Shown piece by piece: positions 1 to 9,489 of a DNA stretch of 32,000 nucleotides. The stretch lies in the sequence record KF301602.1; one strand, given 5' to 3'. This DNA comes from Caulobacter phage Cr30. A program made the translations under genes and the position numbers. The notes below the pieces were generated by a model that saw only the letters and a program-made list of their open reading frames with translations, was not told the origin of the DNA and made no database searches. Each line of letters begins with the position of its first letter. The stretch's first letter is position 1.

Positions 1-949
1 GATGTCGACATGTTACAGATTTTGCAACACCTGACCAATTTCCCTGACCTTCATTGATAGAAACAAGTTCATATTCTTCATCAATGAAATCTTTACGTTT
101 CAGAAGATCTTTCGTTCGCTTGTTCTGATAAATCGCAGAAGGATTACGAATCATTTGACCTTCATATCCTTGTTCAAGATAATGTGCATACAATTCGTTT
201 AGAGCTTCTTCACCTTTAATCAGAGTTGTTTCTGAAAGTTGAAGATGATCACCCCAGTAAATTGAATATTCTTGAAAAATATGTTGAAGTTTGATATAAC
301 GACCTGAGAAAGAATATTCTGATTCAGATGGAATATCATAAACATGATACTGAATAAGTTTTGCGCTTAATTCAAGTTCTTCTTGAGTCGGAGTTTGTTT
401 TTTTACACATGATACAATCTGATTGAAATCTTCTTTCAGATCATGATTGTAGAGTTCGCCATCAAGAATTGCATCAGGAAAATCTTCAAAAAATTCTTTT
501 AGCGCTTTCTGAATATGTGGAACACCATAAATCGGTTTCCCGCCACGACTGAAAAGGCCGTCTTTCTTTGCAATTAGACGAATTCCGTCATACTTCGGTT
601 GACTGTATACAATACCAGGACCTTGGATTGAAAACCAATCTTTGTAAGTCGCAGCGAGCATCGGATCAAACTTGACAGCTTGATCAATGTTGTCAATGGA
701 TTCATGATAAGAACTTTCGAGCTTCTTCTTATAGATTGACTCGATTTCTGAAATTGCTTGTTCTTCGTCAGTCTTTTTGGCCTTGCCAATACCTTTACCG
801 AAAACAGTTTTCCATTCAGAAGCTTTCTGTTTACCATCTTGAGTACCATCCCAAGTACGATAACGATTTCCGTCGCGCTCCATCCACCATAGACGAACTT
901 TACCCTTGGTGTCTTTTTTATAAAGTTTTGGATATTCTTGAATTGTCAT
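1..949 (-). CDS. ATP-dependent DNA ligase, C-terminus cut by window edge
   Basis: Not in the ORF track because it runs off the edge. Manual translation from ATG at 947-949: MTIQEYPKLYKKDTKGKVRLWWMERDGNRYRTWDG... with nucleotidyltransferase lysine motif SQPKYDGIRLIAKKDG, then LDGELYNHDLKEDFNQIVS and YEGQMIRNPSAIYQNKRTKDLLKRKDF. Confidence 0.87.
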   Translation of the reverse strand, partial: MTIQEYPKLYKKDTKGKVRLWWMERDGNRYRTWDGTQDGKQKASEWKTVFGKGIGKAKKTDEEQAISEIESIYKKKLESSYHESIDNIDQAVKFDPMLAATYKDWFSIQGPGIVYSQPKYDGIRLIAKKDGLFSRGGKPIYGVPHIQKALKEFFEDFPDAILDGELYNHDLKEDFNQIVSCVKKQTPTQEELELSAKLIQYHVYDIPSESEYSFSGRYIKLQHIFQEYSIYWGDHLQLSETTLIKGEEALNELYAHYLEQGYEGQMIRNPSAIYQNKRTKDLLKRKDFIDEEYELVSINEGQGNWSGVAKSVTCRH

Positions 950-1167
950 TGATTTGCTTTCCAAATATTTTCTTCAAGAATTTTTAAAAATTGATGATCA
1001 GAACCAACAATATTAATTTCATCTCGGAGAAATTGTAGAGATTCATACAATCGAATATATTTCGATTGAAGAATCGGATTTCGACCATTCATTTCATTTT
1101 CTGAAATGTGATCACAATAATATTCAATAGAATCTTGTAAAACAAACGGATAAACATTAACACTCAT
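946..1167 (-). CDS. small hypothetical protein (73 aa)
   Basis: ORF track; overlaps the ligase start by ATGA. Confidence 0.6.
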   Translation of the reverse strand: MSVNVYPFVLQDSIEYYCDHISENEMNGRNPILQSKYIRLYESLQFLRDEINIVGSDHQFLKILEENIWKANQ

Positions 1168-1512
1168 TTAATATGCATCCTTGTATCGGTAGAGAATTTC
1201 GAATCCTACATCAATACCAATGATTCGTAAAGCCATTCCTAGAAAGAAATAATTGGCTCGAAGAGATCCGGTGAAATTAGGTTCGTCGAGTGTGAAATGA
1301 CTGCCGATTGCAGCAGGAAAATCTTTATAAGAAATTTCATCACCACGTTTCGTCATCTTGAAATAAGGTGACCAAATCCAATCACGAATTCTATCCGAAT
1401 TGCCAAGAGGGCTGTAAGGAAACAGTTCCCAATTCAGGCCGCTTCGAATGCGTAGCCGGCAGTACCATGGCCAGGGCTTACGATTTTCTTTTGTCATAAT
1501 GTTTGTAACCAT
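1168..1512 (-). CDS. hypothetical protein, W/Y-rich (114 aa or shorter)
   Basis: Open frame in a compact minus-strand gene array. Confidence 0.55.
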   Translation of the reverse strand: MVTNIMTKENRKPWPWYCRLRIRSGLNWELFPYSPLGNSDRIRDWIWSPYFKMTKRGDEISYKDFPAAIGSHFTLDEPNFTGSLRANYFFLGMALRIIGIDVGFEILYRYKDAY

Positions 1513-1676
1513 TTCACCTTTTCTTCAGCAGACATCAATAATTCTGGAACATCATCAAAAGTATCCCAAACTCCAAAGTCTTCAAGAAAATTGTATTCAT
1601 TTTCTTTATGATGTTGAACATTTCGAAGATATTTTGTGGGAATGTTTGTTCTTGATGGTTCTAATACAAATGTCAT
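1494..1676 (-). CDS. small hypothetical protein (60 aa)
   Basis: ORF track, co-oriented and overlapping neighbour. Confidence 0.5.
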   Translation of the reverse strand: MTFVLEPSRTNIPTKYLRNVQHHKENEYNFLEDFGVWDTFDDVPELLMSAEEKVKWLQTL

Positions 1677-1815
1677 ACTTTACTCATAGTTGTTGAAATT
1701 TTAGAAAAGTGGGGAGAATCCCCATACGATCAATCCAAGAATCACCCAGCAACCAATTGCAAGCAACACTGCAACAATCGGAGGATACTTCTTTTCGATA
1801 TCATTCATAAACAAA

Positions 1816-1864
1816 TCTCCTTCAGAGTGAATCTTAGAATCTTTCTAGCTCACTCTGAAGGAGA
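1816..1864 (-). terminator. perfect 15-bp inverted repeat just downstream of phoH
   Basis: TCTCCTTCAGAGTGA (1816-1830) / TCACTCTGAAGGAGA (1850-1864), 19-nt loop; minus-strand RNA continues TTTGTTT. Confidence 0.7.
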
Positions 1865-1875
1865 AGTAAAGTCTT

Positions 1876-2574
1876 TTAATCTTTGGCTAATAGGAATTCT
1901 TTTACAAGACCCGATCTTACGCAATCCTCTTTCTTGAAAGAAATCATTTCGACTGACTGCATCTTTTCAATGATTTTTCTGAAAGAGTTGTATCCGATCT
2001 TATCCGATTCCTTTGAGAAATCGGATTGCGAAGAATCGCCACACCAGATAATCTTAGTGTTTTGACCAAGCCGAGTTATGACTGAGCAATTTTCATGAAA
2101 ATTCAAATTTTGATGTTCATCTACAATGACAATTCGATCACGAAGAGTTGTTCCGCGAATGAAGGAAGTCGGAAGAAATTCGACCAGATCGTGGGCTTTC
2201 AGTTTGGAATATGCTTTCGAACAACCAAACAGTTCATCTGCCAATGCAAGATAAGGCATTTCATAAATGTTAGTCTTTTCACCAATATCCCCAGGAAGTG
2301 CTCCAATATCTCGTGTAGGAACAGCGCTTCTCACAATTGTCACTTTCTTGTAAGGAGATTCAGTATTCATAATCTGATTGAGAGCAAGATAAAGAGCTAA
2401 AAGCGTTTTACCACAACCCGCGAAACCTTCAAGCCAAAGATTTGAATCTCTTTTGTAAGCATCGAAAACTTCTTGTTGAGTTTTCGTAATCGGCTTGATA
2501 GATTTTAGAGCGAAGAACGTTTCTTGATTGACAACATTTGTTGCTTTTGCAGCTTTCTTTGATCTTGCAGTCAT
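1876..2574 (-). CDS. phoH: PhoH-like P-loop ATPase
   Basis: Walker A GFAGCGKT, Walker B IVIVDEHQN, KKVTIVRSAVPTRDIGALPGDIGEK, TKIIWCGDSSQSD. Confidence 0.93.
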   Translation of the reverse strand: MTARSKKAAKATNVVNQETFFALKSIKPITKTQQEVFDAYKRDSNLWLEGFAGCGKTLLALYLALNQIMNTESPYKKVTIVRSAVPTRDIGALPGDIGEKTNIYEMPYLALADELFGCSKAYSKLKAHDLVEFLPTSFIRGTTLRDRIVIVDEHQNLNFHENCSVITRLGQNTKIIWCGDSSQSDFSKESDKIGYNSFRKIIEKMQSVEMISFKKEDCVRSGLVKEFLLAKD

Positions 2575-2646
2575 AAAGACTCCTACTCTTAAAGATTATC
2601 ACGAATCGCATGACAACCTCTCCGATCAGGAGAATACTTTGTGAGT

Positions 2647-2895
2647 TTATCTCACATTGATATTGGTACCACCGCTGAAAACATTTCGATGTTGTTTCTT
2701 TACATTATTCAAGACATCTTTCCAAGAGTCGGGTGTGCGAGTAATTCCGAGATTTATCGGATCACCAATCCCACCACCTGAAAAGTCTCTGACAATGTTT
2801 GGATTTTCTTTAAGGAATTGTTCCATTTCATCGTAAGAAAAATGTTTCTTAAGATGCTCTTGTGTATCTTGATTTACAAAGTAGTAGAGAGGCAT
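2647..2895 (-). CDS. conserved small phage protein (82 aa)
   Basis: ORF track; IRDFSGGGIGDPINLGITRTPDSWKDVLNNVKKQH-type tail is typical of a conserved phage small protein. Confidence 0.6.
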   Translation of the reverse strand: MPLYYFVNQDTQEHLKKHFSYDEMEQFLKENPNIVRDFSGGGIGDPINLGITRTPDSWKDVLNNVKKQHRNVFSGGTNINVR

Positions 2896-2915
2896 GCAAA
2901 TTCCTTATTACGAAA

Positions 2916-3635
2916 TTACTTATTCAGTGAATAGTATTCTTTGATAATCTTTAGAGCTTCGTTATCATATTTCTTTCGAGGTTCGATAAACTCTTCTCCC
3001 TTTTGATTTCCTTCAACGGCCATCAGAATAACCAATTGAGGAATCACTAGGCCATATCTTTCCTCGCAACAAATTGCATAGATTGCAGTTTGAACAAAAT
3101 ATCCTACGATATCTTCTTTAGTTTTCGGTCTACGAGAATTCTTGTAGTCGACTACTGAAGCAACATTACGATAATCTGAAATGTTATCAGTTGTTCCTGC
3201 AATTTTCAAATAGTTTGAATAGACTGGAAGTTCACATCCTCGAATGTTATCCATATGTTGATCGAGATATGGTCTAATTTGTCCAAAGAAATTTGCATAG
3301 ATTGGAGTAGGATTTCCGTAATACTTTGGATCATTCAGAGTATATTTTTCACACATCTCATGAAGAACAGTTCCTCTTCGAGAAGATTGAGACGTGATTT
3401 TGTTTGCTTCTTCAATACCAATTCTTTCTCGCCATTCATCAAGAAAGCTTTTGTCGGCAGTTGCTCCTAGAACTGTAGTAACAGACGGGAAACTTGTTTT
3501 ACCATCTTCTGAAAGGTATCTTCGACCATCTGGTGAATCAACTCTTTCAAGATTCATTTTCTTGAAAAGTTTGTGTTGAAATTGTTTTGGAGGACCTAGA
3601 GGATCTTTGATTGCGAATTTGTCTTTAAAACTCAT
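2916..3635 (-). CDS. PD-(D/E)XK superfamily (Cas4/RecB-like) nuclease
   Basis: RRGTVLHEMCEKY, ASVVDYKNSRR (D...DxK), DIVGYFVQTAIYAICCEERYG (QxxxY-like). Confidence 0.7.
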   Translation of the reverse strand: MSFKDKFAIKDPLGPPKQFQHKLFKKMNLERVDSPDGRRYLSEDGKTSFPSVTTVLGATADKSFLDEWRERIGIEEANKITSQSSRRGTVLHEMCEKYTLNDPKYYGNPTPIYANFFGQIRPYLDQHMDNIRGCELPVYSNYLKIAGTTDNISDYRNVASVVDYKNSRRPKTKEDIVGYFVQTAIYAICCEERYGLVIPQLVILMAVEGNQKGEEFIEPRKKYDNEALKIIKEYYSLNK

Positions 3636-3886
3636 ATCATGAAATCCTGATCTTCGTCAAACCATTGAGCATATTCGCAGCAAGGTAATAGTCTTCCTTG
3701 TTCGTCTGTATACTGTGGCGTATTTGGATCTGGATCATCCAAATCAATCACATTACATGAACATCCGCGCTCAATATGATCTTCACAAAAGTAACGGTCT
3801 TTTTCTTGAATATGTTCAGATGCTGGAGCATACATCCACGAAGCAAGATTAGAACATTTAGAACAATTTGGCCTATTATTCGACAA
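3632..3886 (-). CDS. Cys-rich, possible zinc-binding small protein
   Basis: CSKC...YFCEDH...CSC pattern; overlaps the nuclease start. Confidence 0.55.
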   Translation of the reverse strand: MSNNRPNCSKCSNLASWMYAPASEHIQEKDRYFCEDHIERGCSCNVIDLDDPDPNTPQYTDEQGRLLPCCEYAQWFDEDQDFMI

Positions 3887-4127
3887 TTTCTTTTTCCCAA
3901 AGAATGTTGATTGTAAATCCTAGATTCTTACAGAAAATTCTTTCCCAATCATCTGAAATTCTTTTGATTTTCCAACCAAGAAATCCCATTCCGTTGAGAT
4001 GATTTCTAAAATCATGCTCAGTAGAGTCACAATCTTTGTAATATTGTTCTGCAAAATACTCGTATCGTTTATCGGTCAAAGTGACGTTCTCTTTCCATAC
4101 GACGAAGACAATGTAATGGAGATTCAT
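3876..4127 (-). CDS. hypothetical protein (83 aa)
   Basis: ORF track, overlapping co-directional frame. Confidence 0.5.
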   Translation of the reverse strand: MNLHYIVFVVWKENVTLTDKRYEYFAEQYYKDCDSTEHDFRNHLNGMGFLGWKIKRISDDWERIFCKNLGFTINILWEKEIVE

Positions 4128-4869
4128 CTTGTTTCATGATATATCCACAACCAATCGTTCCACCTTTCCAAGATCCTTTACGTGAACCCATTTCTTGATC
4201 AAATTCAACATCGATATTGTCTTGACGACGAACACCAAAGAATTGAATCTTTCGAAGAAAATCGCTTACTGGTGACTTATGAGTTCCGAACCATGTCCAT
4301 TTGATTTCATGACGAGTGCGAGTTACTGTTGCTTTGGCAGTTTGCAGTTCTTTCAAGCCATGTGAATAGTAAGCATAATCATGAACTTCGGTATATCGCG
4401 GAATTTGATTACTATCAAATGGGAGAATTGAATACCAATTACCATCTTCACCAAGATACTCATACTTGGTTGTATGATCAGCCCATGGCATTGGAGTAAT
4501 TTTTGTTTTACGATTCCAATGCCAATGAATTCCTCCGAGATCATTATCCCATCTCCAAGAAAATCCATAGGTTGGTGATTCTACATGATCATAGTAATCA
4601 CGAGGCTTGAATTTCAGAAATGGAAGATAGATAAACCAATGACCATAGATTGCTTGAAAATGAAGCATTGCTCCATCATGCTCGTCAGCATATCGAAATT
4701 TACTGAAATCGAAAGTCAATCCCCATCCAGAACTCCATTCGAAATACTTTGATCTAATAAGATCTTTCTCGACAGACCAAATTCCGAGAAATTTACGGAA
4801 TGGTGTGACTTTTCGTCGATCTTGTTGTTTCCATGAAGGAGAATAGGCTGTGGTTGGAGTATATTGCAT
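4069..4869 (-). CDS. hypothetical protein, aromatic-rich (266 aa)
   Basis: Long open frame; repeated W/Y/H-rich segments (GFSWRWDNDLGGIHWHWNRKTKITPMPW). Confidence 0.7.
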   Translation of the reverse strand: MQYTPTTAYSPSWKQQDRRKVTPFRKFLGIWSVEKDLIRSKYFEWSSGWGLTFDFSKFRYADEHDGAMLHFQAIYGHWFIYLPFLKFKPRDYYDHVESPTYGFSWRWDNDLGGIHWHWNRKTKITPMPWADHTTKYEYLGEDGNWYSILPFDSNQIPRYTEVHDYAYYSHGLKELQTAKATVTRTRHEIKWTWFGTHKSPVSDFLRKIQFFGVRRQDNIDVEFDQEMGSRKGSWKGGTIGCGYIMKQDESPLHCLRRMERERHFDR

Positions 4870-4899
4870 TATGGCATTACCTTGTAATGATAAAATTTG

Positions 4900-5865
4900 T
4901 TAACAACCACATACTTCTTTCCTGTAGATATCCAAAAGCATAGCTTCAATGAATTGATGATCTGGTTGTTCTGGAAGTGATGAAGCTTTACCTGCTTTTT
5001 CAACTTCGATTAAGAGATCATCGATCATAACACTGATCTCTTTGAAATCTCTTTTACCAAGCTTAATTTCTAATAGTTCTTGAGCATAAAGTAAAGGAAA
5101 TTGTAGTTTGTTGCCAGAGAAATATTCGATTGCTTGTCTACCAACTCTTACAGCATGACTCATTGCTTTCCAGTCAATATTTTCATTGTTCTCCGCTTGG
5201 AGAGCACGTTGACCATATTCATCAAAGAGTTTCTGATAGACATTGATTGCTTCTTTGACTTTTGTCCCGAAAGGAACTTTCCTCCCACAGCAAGAAATAT
5301 GCCAAATGATATCACCATTAGCAAGAGGAATTTTTTCGATTTCAGTATGCTCAACAAACCCGAATGTTTCCCACTCAAGTTCTTTGAGTTTTGCGTTTGA
5401 TGAATATTTCTTTTCTTGTTCTTTGAACCAATTCAGAGTGTATCGAACCGCAGCAACTCGAGACCCTTTGATGCCATATTTGTTTGCCTGTTGTTTACAG
5501 TATCCAAGATAAGGAATAATATTCTTCGAAAGATATTTGTCTCTATGTTCTCTGATGTAATCCCATAAAGGATCTTTATAGAGAAGCATTTCATCAGGAG
5601 CATCAAGAACTTCAATTGCCATGGGTTGACCTTCAGCAAGAAGTTTGAAATAGTGATGAAGACTTAGACTTTCATAATCAGTATCTTCAGCAGTATTCTT
5701 TTGTCGATTATCTTCTTTGGTTACATTTTTGATTGCTCGTGCAGTGCACCCAAGAAGAATTTCGTTTGCATCTGGAATATGAACAGCTTTGATATCTGTA
5801 TCACTATTTGGCGTGGCCGTGCCATAAAGCTGACTGCCGAATTTTAGTTCAACAAGTTTTCTCAT
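4900..5865 (-). CDS. RlaP-like DNA polymerase beta-superfamily nucleotidyltransferase
   Basis: N-terminal VELKFGSQLYGTATPNSDTDIKAVHIPDANEILLG (GSxxYG...SDxD). Confidence 0.8.
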   Translation of the reverse strand: MRKLVELKFGSQLYGTATPNSDTDIKAVHIPDANEILLGCTARAIKNVTKEDNRQKNTAEDTDYESLSLHHYFKLLAEGQPMAIEVLDAPDEMLLYKDPLWDYIREHRDKYLSKNIIPYLGYCKQQANKYGIKGSRVAAVRYTLNWFKEQEKKYSSNAKLKELEWETFGFVEHTEIEKIPLANGDIIWHISCCGRKVPFGTKVKEAINVYQKLFDEYGQRALQAENNENIDWKAMSHAVRVGRQAIEYFSGNKLQFPLLYAQELLEIKLGKRDFKEISVMIDDLLIEVEKAGKASSLPEQPDHQFIEAMLLDIYRKEVCGC

Positions 5866-6233
5866 GGAACGGCGCCATCAATTAGATCCATCAATTCTTC
5901 TGGATTCTTGTTATAGTATTCGAGTTCTTCTCGAACTCTTTGATCGACATAATCATTGAATTCTCGAATCACATCTTCTGCATAGTAATTCGGTTTCGAC
6001 ATTTTTCCGCCAGTAACTTCGTTGTAAACTACTGGAACTTGTCTCAAAACAAAATGATAATCTTTCAGTTCATTTGCAATTTGCTCTTTGGTAAGAGGTT
6101 TATCATCATAAACACCTTCCCACCATTGAATATTTTCAAGTTGATCAATAGCAGATTTTAGAGCAACTTTCAGAGTAACATAATCGTAATTGAAAATGTT
6201 CTCGTGAATTTCTTTCAATTCTTCAATATCCAT
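5862..6233 (-). CDS. hypothetical protein; start reassigned to internal ATG at 6231-6233
   Basis: Track ORF 5862..6395 overlaps the next gene; MDIEELKEIHENIF... start leaves only a short overlap. Confidence 0.55.
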   Translation of the reverse strand: MDIEELKEIHENIFNYDYVTLKVALKSAIDQLENIQWWEGVYDDKPLTKEQIANELKDYHFVLRQVPVVYNEVTGGKMSKPNYYAEDVIREFNDYVDQRVREELEYYNKNPEELMDLIDGAVP

Positions 6234-7242
6234 TTGAGCACAGTTCCTTGTAAGTGTTATAATCCTCAAGAAGTTCTTGATCGTGAACCAATCTAAAGAT
6301 GCGATCGTAATTCCAGGTAGTATCTCTGAATACTCGACCATCAATACCATTTTCTGCTGAATTAAGACATTCTTGAATATCGATGCAGATATCATGGTCT
6401 TCTTTTGTAACTACTTCAAAACCATCTAATCCTGTTTCAGCAAGATCGTATCCATCACTCCAATCAAGACGATTTGCTTGAAGATAATGTGCAAGACGAA
6501 GGTATTTGTTAGATGAAAGAATTTTTTCAAAAATATCACGTTCATGAGTATCAAAAGGAAGTTTATACTTCACTTTCATTGTAGAGACAAACAATTCTTT
6601 TTTGTTTTGTTTCTCTGCATCGGCCTTTATTTTAGCCTCTTCTGCAATTCGCTTTCGTTCTTGTTCAACATAAGCAGTAATTGCTTTCTTTCGAGATTCA
6701 ATATTCTTTACAATTGAATCATAAGAGAAATCTGTAGTCTTGATATTACGATTGATATCTTCGAGATATCCAGCATTCTTTGATTGAACTTTTGGATTTC
6801 TTGCTCGAGAATTAGGATCTCTCCAAGAATAGGAAGCAGGAAATCCAATAGCAGTCATGAAAGCTTTCACATGTTGAATAACCTTTTGGTTATGTGAAAT
6901 GATTTTAAGATTCTTTACGCGAACATCGGCCAGAGACTTAACATATTCATCAAGCTTGGTAATGAATTCATCGCGTTGTTTTTCAAGAGCTTCAACTGAA
7001 CCATAGGTTCTTCCGTAATCATAATAGGAAACTGAACTACGACCACTAGGATATTTGAAAAGTTCTTCAATACGCCAATTTCCAAGACCATTCTGCATGT
7101 CTGGATAAGCAATCAAAGGCTTGTATGGCGAATTATCCGTTTCCGCTTTCAACCTCATTGAATTGTAAAGTTCTTCTACTTCGAAAAGATAATACTTGAT
7201 CTTTTCTTCAGCTTTGAATTGATTATACGGATTCTTCGTCAT
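6223..7242 (-). CDS. hypothetical protein with coiled-coil segment (339 aa)
   Basis: Long open frame, charged helical stretch KRIAEEAKIKADAEKQNKKE. Confidence 0.75.
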   Translation of the reverse strand: MTKNPYNQFKAEEKIKYYLFEVEELYNSMRLKAETDNSPYKPLIAYPDMQNGLGNWRIEELFKYPSGRSSVSYYDYGRTYGSVEALEKQRDEFITKLDEYVKSLADVRVKNLKIISHNQKVIQHVKAFMTAIGFPASYSWRDPNSRARNPKVQSKNAGYLEDINRNIKTTDFSYDSIVKNIESRKKAITAYVEQERKRIAEEAKIKADAEKQNKKELFVSTMKVKYKLPFDTHERDIFEKILSSNKYLRLAHYLQANRLDWSDGYDLAETGLDGFEVVTKEDHDICIDIQECLNSAENGIDGRVFRDTTWNYDRIFRLVHDQELLEDYNTYKELCSNGY

Positions 7243-7261
7243 TACAATTATTCCTTTGTTT

Positions 7262-7450
7262 TCAAATACCGATTCTTGATCGTTCTTCAGGACTCATTTT
7301 TTCGTAAACCTGAACATCAGTTGTTCCGAGTAAATATTTCACAAATTCATCATGAAGTAGTTCAGCAAGTTCATAATCAGGAACATTACATTTTGCATCA
7401 ATAGAATGATAATTTAAACTATGAGTCAAAGCTTCTTTAAAAACTGACAT
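7262..7450 (-). CDS. small hypothetical protein (62 aa)
   Basis: ORF track. Confidence 0.5.
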   Translation of the reverse strand: MSVFKEALTHSLNYHSIDAKCNVPDYELAELLHDEFVKYLLGTTDVQVYEKMSPEERSRIGI

Positions 7451-7454
7451 CGAT

Positions 7455-7874
7455 TTATTCCTTTGTTTTCAAAACACTATTGATCTTATCATTAATCTTT
7501 TTGATTTCATTACGGTAGATCAACCAAATTACAGTAGGATCAACAGAAAGAGTTCCTGGAGATAATCCACGAGTCTTTTCGACTAGATCGTCGAGAGTGC
7601 TGCCGCAAATAATTTGAGATTTCAAAACGTTCGCGAAATGAGTGTATTTGCTCGGGAGAAATGCTTTACCACCATTTTCCATCATGTTCTGAACAGTTCG
7701 TTTCGTTCGACCCGTTTGGCGTTTTGAATTTTCAAGGGCATCCAAAGTCAAATCAAGGTTTTTGAAAATTTGATCATTGTAATCTTCTGCTTCAGAAGAT
7801 TTACGTTCCCAAATGACTTTACCGCCCATAAGGATTTCATCTACACCTTCTGGAACAATATAAGAATTTTTCAT
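7455..7874 (-). CDS. hypothetical protein (139 aa)
   Basis: ORF track; ATGA overlap with neighbour. Confidence 0.65.
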   Translation of the reverse strand: MKNSYIVPEGVDEILMGGKVIWERKSSEAEDYNDQIFKNLDLTLDALENSKRQTGRTKRTVQNMMENGGKAFLPSKYTHFANVLKSQIICGSTLDDLVEKTRGLSPGTLSVDPTVIWLIYRNEIKKINDKINSVLKTKE

Positions 7875-8128
7875 TTCGATACCTCATACAATTCTTCATT
7901 AACAATTTTCACAACTCTTCCAGAGTAATTTAATTTACCTTCTCTCGAAGAATATCCATCTGGAGCAAGGTAAACATCTTTTCCGTCAATTCTTGAAACT
8001 GTTCGAACTTCGATGTAAGGAGCTCTTCCGCTCATTGCTGCTCGAAAGACTTTATCACCAGGAGCAAGTGTTCGTCGGAAAAGATCTTTACCATCATTGG
8101 CTTGATTTCGTTTCCAATCTCCACTCAT
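7871..8128 (-). CDS. hypothetical protein (85 aa)
   Basis: ORF track; ATGA-type overlaps on both sides. Confidence 0.65.
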   Translation of the reverse strand: MSGDWKRNQANDGKDLFRRTLAPGDKVFRAAMSGRAPYIEVRTVSRIDGKDVYLAPDGYSSREGKLNYSGRVVKIVNEELYEVSK

Positions 8129-8670
8129 TTCAGTTTACTTCTCATAAGTTCGACAATTTTCTGAGTATCTTCTGATGTCTCATGTTCAACTGTTTCAACA
8201 TAATCCATCAAAACGAAATTTTTGCAAATGCCTGCAATTTTTGTTTCGCGACCATTGAGAAACTGTTCTGATTGATCGTCATTACGTTTCTTATGACGAA
8301 TTGAAATTGTTCTTGGGTCAGCTACTACATTCAGAATTGTAAAATCAGTATCATCAAGTTCAGCAATCCATTCGAACATGCTCTGATTTCCGATGCGATC
8401 TCCTTCAAAGAAGAAATTGACATCAGAAGCTTCTTCGATGAATTCTTTACAATGAGGTTGAGTGTTCAATCCAAGACGATCTGTCCCCGGGAACACTTCA
8501 CCATCTTCATACTTGCCAATAATAACAGCATTCAACTTCTTGGAATAATGATGAGCAACATTCTTTCGAGGAACAAGTTCCCAATCATCAGTAAGTTTCA
8601 TGAACTCTTTAAAGATGGTTGATTTCCCGACAGCAGGAAGGCCGATCATTGCTACGATTGCTCTACTCAT
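8125..8670 (-). CDS. P-loop nucleotide/nucleic-acid kinase-like protein
   Basis: Start reassigned to internal ATG giving MSRAIVAMIGLPAVGKSTIFKEF (Walker A GxxxxGKST) ... FFFEGDRIGN ... RHKKRNDDQSEQFLNGRETK. Confidence 0.75.
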   Translation of the reverse strand: MSRAIVAMIGLPAVGKSTIFKEFMKLTDDWELVPRKNVAHHYSKKLNAVIIGKYEDGEVFPGTDRLGLNTQPHCKEFIEEASDVNFFFEGDRIGNQSMFEWIAELDDTDFTILNVVADPRTISIRHKKRNDDQSEQFLNGRETKIAGICKNFVLMDYVETVEHETSEDTQKIVELMRSKLK

Positions 8671-9059
8671 AGTGCACCATATTGTGAACGTGTAGAAGGT
8701 CGAATATTTTTCAATTGAACAACAGTATGTTTCTGGGAAGTTGCAAGATTTACACCATCCCATTCAACAAGAGCCTTTTCTTCTCCTTGGAGAATGAATA
8801 GAATTTTGCCACGTTTTCCTGGAGTTGTCAGAGAATCGACGATATTATTGACTTTGAAATCATACTTGATTTCTTTTACTGGAATATTATTGTCGAAGAA
8901 AGCAACATCAGAAATACCTGCGAATTGAACGTAAGTTCGAGTTGGACCAGTAGAATACTTGCCACTTTTCTCAATTCGAACAACTTTTGCTTCGACAACT
9001 ACGATGTCACCTTCTTTTGCATCACCAACTGTGAGCTGTTTCAGACCTTGAATTGCCAT
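8667..9059 (-). CDS. hypothetical protein (130 aa)
   Basis: ORF track; overlaps kinase start by ATGA. Confidence 0.6.
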   Translation of the reverse strand: MAIQGLKQLTVGDAKEGDIVVVEAKVVRIEKSGKYSTGPTRTYVQFAGISDVAFFDNNIPVKEIKYDFKVNNIVDSLTTPGKRGKILFILQGEEKALVEWDGVNLATSQKHTVVQLKNIRPSTRSQYGAL

Positions 9060-9244
9060 TACCGAATAGTCTCCAAAATTTGAAGTGTTTTTAGAATTTC
9101 TTTTTGTTCCTCTTGAAGATATTCAAGAGATAGAAGAGCATTCTCATATTGTCGTTTTAAGGTATCGATTGACATCTTTGTATCAGTAATAACCTTTCGA
9201 TTACATTCAAGTCGACCATGAAGAACTTTGGCTACTTTATCCAT
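9059..9244 (-). CDS. small coiled-coil hypothetical protein
   Basis: ORF track; overlapping start/stop. Confidence 0.5.
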   Translation of the reverse strand: MDKVAKVLHGRLECNRKVITDTKMSIDTLKRQYENALLSLEYLQEEQKEILKTLQILETIR

Positions 9245-9489
9245 TACCGAAATTTCTCCATAGCAGTTTCAAATTCAACTCGTTGAGCACGAGCTTTCGC
9301 AACATCTTCAAGAAGTCCCGCAAGTTCTTTATTTTTCTTGACGAGTTCGTTGCGAAGTTCTACTTCAACTTCATTGAGATTTCGAAGACAGTCTTCGAGG
9401 TATTGTTTAATTTTCTTTGGAAATACTCGATATTGACCAATTGTTGTAAGATTTTCTTGCATAATACTATCGTTCTCCTTGTCGAACAT
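9244..9489 (-). CDS. small coiled-coil hypothetical protein
   Basis: ORF track; overlapping start/stop. Confidence 0.5.
   Translation of the reverse strand: MFDKENDSIMQENLTTIGQYRVFPKKIKQYLEDCLRNLNEVEVELRNELVKKNKELAGLLEDVAKARAQRVEFETAMEKFR

Noticed and set aside
574-849. 91-aa minus ORF and 736..987 + ORF
   Set aside because: Both lie in alternative frames of the clearly recognisable DNA ligase reading frame.
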